From: Malacoraja senta
Taxonomy: Eukaryota
NCBI GenBank assembly: GCA_038087875.1
Contig: CM075987.1
Coordinates: 22,446,001 to 22,510,000, forward strand
Direction of reading: 5' to 3'
Length of the DNA: 64,000 nucleotides
Numbering within the stretch: the stretch's first letter is position 1; every line of letters begins with the position of its first letter. A program made the position numbers and the translations under genes. Positions 63,659-64,000 of this stretch are shown piece by piece. A model generated the notes under the pieces. It did not search any database, was not told the origin of the DNA, and saw only the letters and a list, made by a program, of their open reading frames with translations.

Positions 63659-64000
63659 ATCCTGGTGACTGCGCAGGACTGGCAGCTTTCTGTAGACCTG
63701 GTGAAACAGCTGATGTTTCCACTGCGCATTGCCACGACCACCCTGAGGCCAGACATCCTCCTGGTCTCAGAGGCAACCAAAAACATCGTCTTGTTGGAAC
63801 TGACAGTGCCGTGGGAGGATCGTCTGGAGGAGACCCACGAGAGGAAGATGACCAAATACGAAGAGCTGGTCTTAGACTGCCGTAAGCAGGGCTGGAAGGC
63901 AAGGTGTATCGAGGTTGGCTGCAGAGGTTTTGCAGGGCAATCACTCTACAAAGCCTTGAGTGCACTGGGCATCAACGGAGTGGCGATGAGAAAGCCATCA
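63659..64000 (+). mobile_element. Hero/NeSL-type non-LTR retrotransposon, restriction-like endonuclease (RLE) domain; runs off the window
   Basis: Open frame LVTAQDWQLSVDLVKQLMFP..TTLRPDILLVSEATKNIVLLELTVPWEDRLEETHERKMTKYEELVLDCRKQGWKARCIEVGCRGFAGQS (RPD..ELTVPWE..K..KY..EVG.RG motifs). Confidence 0.85.

Overview
Repeat-rich vertebrate genomic DNA. The repeat set (CR1/HER1-type LINEs, V-domain tRNA-SINEs, Penelope remnants) suggests a cartilaginous fish such as a skate or ray; this is an inference. One host gene can be reconstructed: a four-exon paired-related homeobox (Prrx-family, PRRX2-like) gene on the + strand. Its CDS is 30480-30720, 43796-43986, 44891-45069 and 47194-47329 (747 nt, 248 aa; eh1-like motif, Q50 homeodomain, OAR domain). 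There are two 200-N gaps (27181-27380, 51835-52034). The ~6.2 kb after the first gap recurs inverted and nearly identical after the second gap, including Prrx exon 1. This is most likely a haplotype overlap with a mis-oriented contig, not a second gene. The most striking signal is a very abundant Penelope-derived short element, with more than 20 recognisable copies on both strands, often palindromic and flanked by 8-14 bp TSDs. It carries a minimal hammerhead-ribozyme-like core (CUGA-N-GA-A-[stem II]-GAAAC-GUH). Also present are RTE, Tx1, L1, Rex1/Babar and Hero(RLE) LINE fragments, two non-autonomous DNA elements, and an orphan CpG-rich promoter-like island with an E-box and a perfect RFX X-box lying between two copies of a 73-bp inverted repeat.
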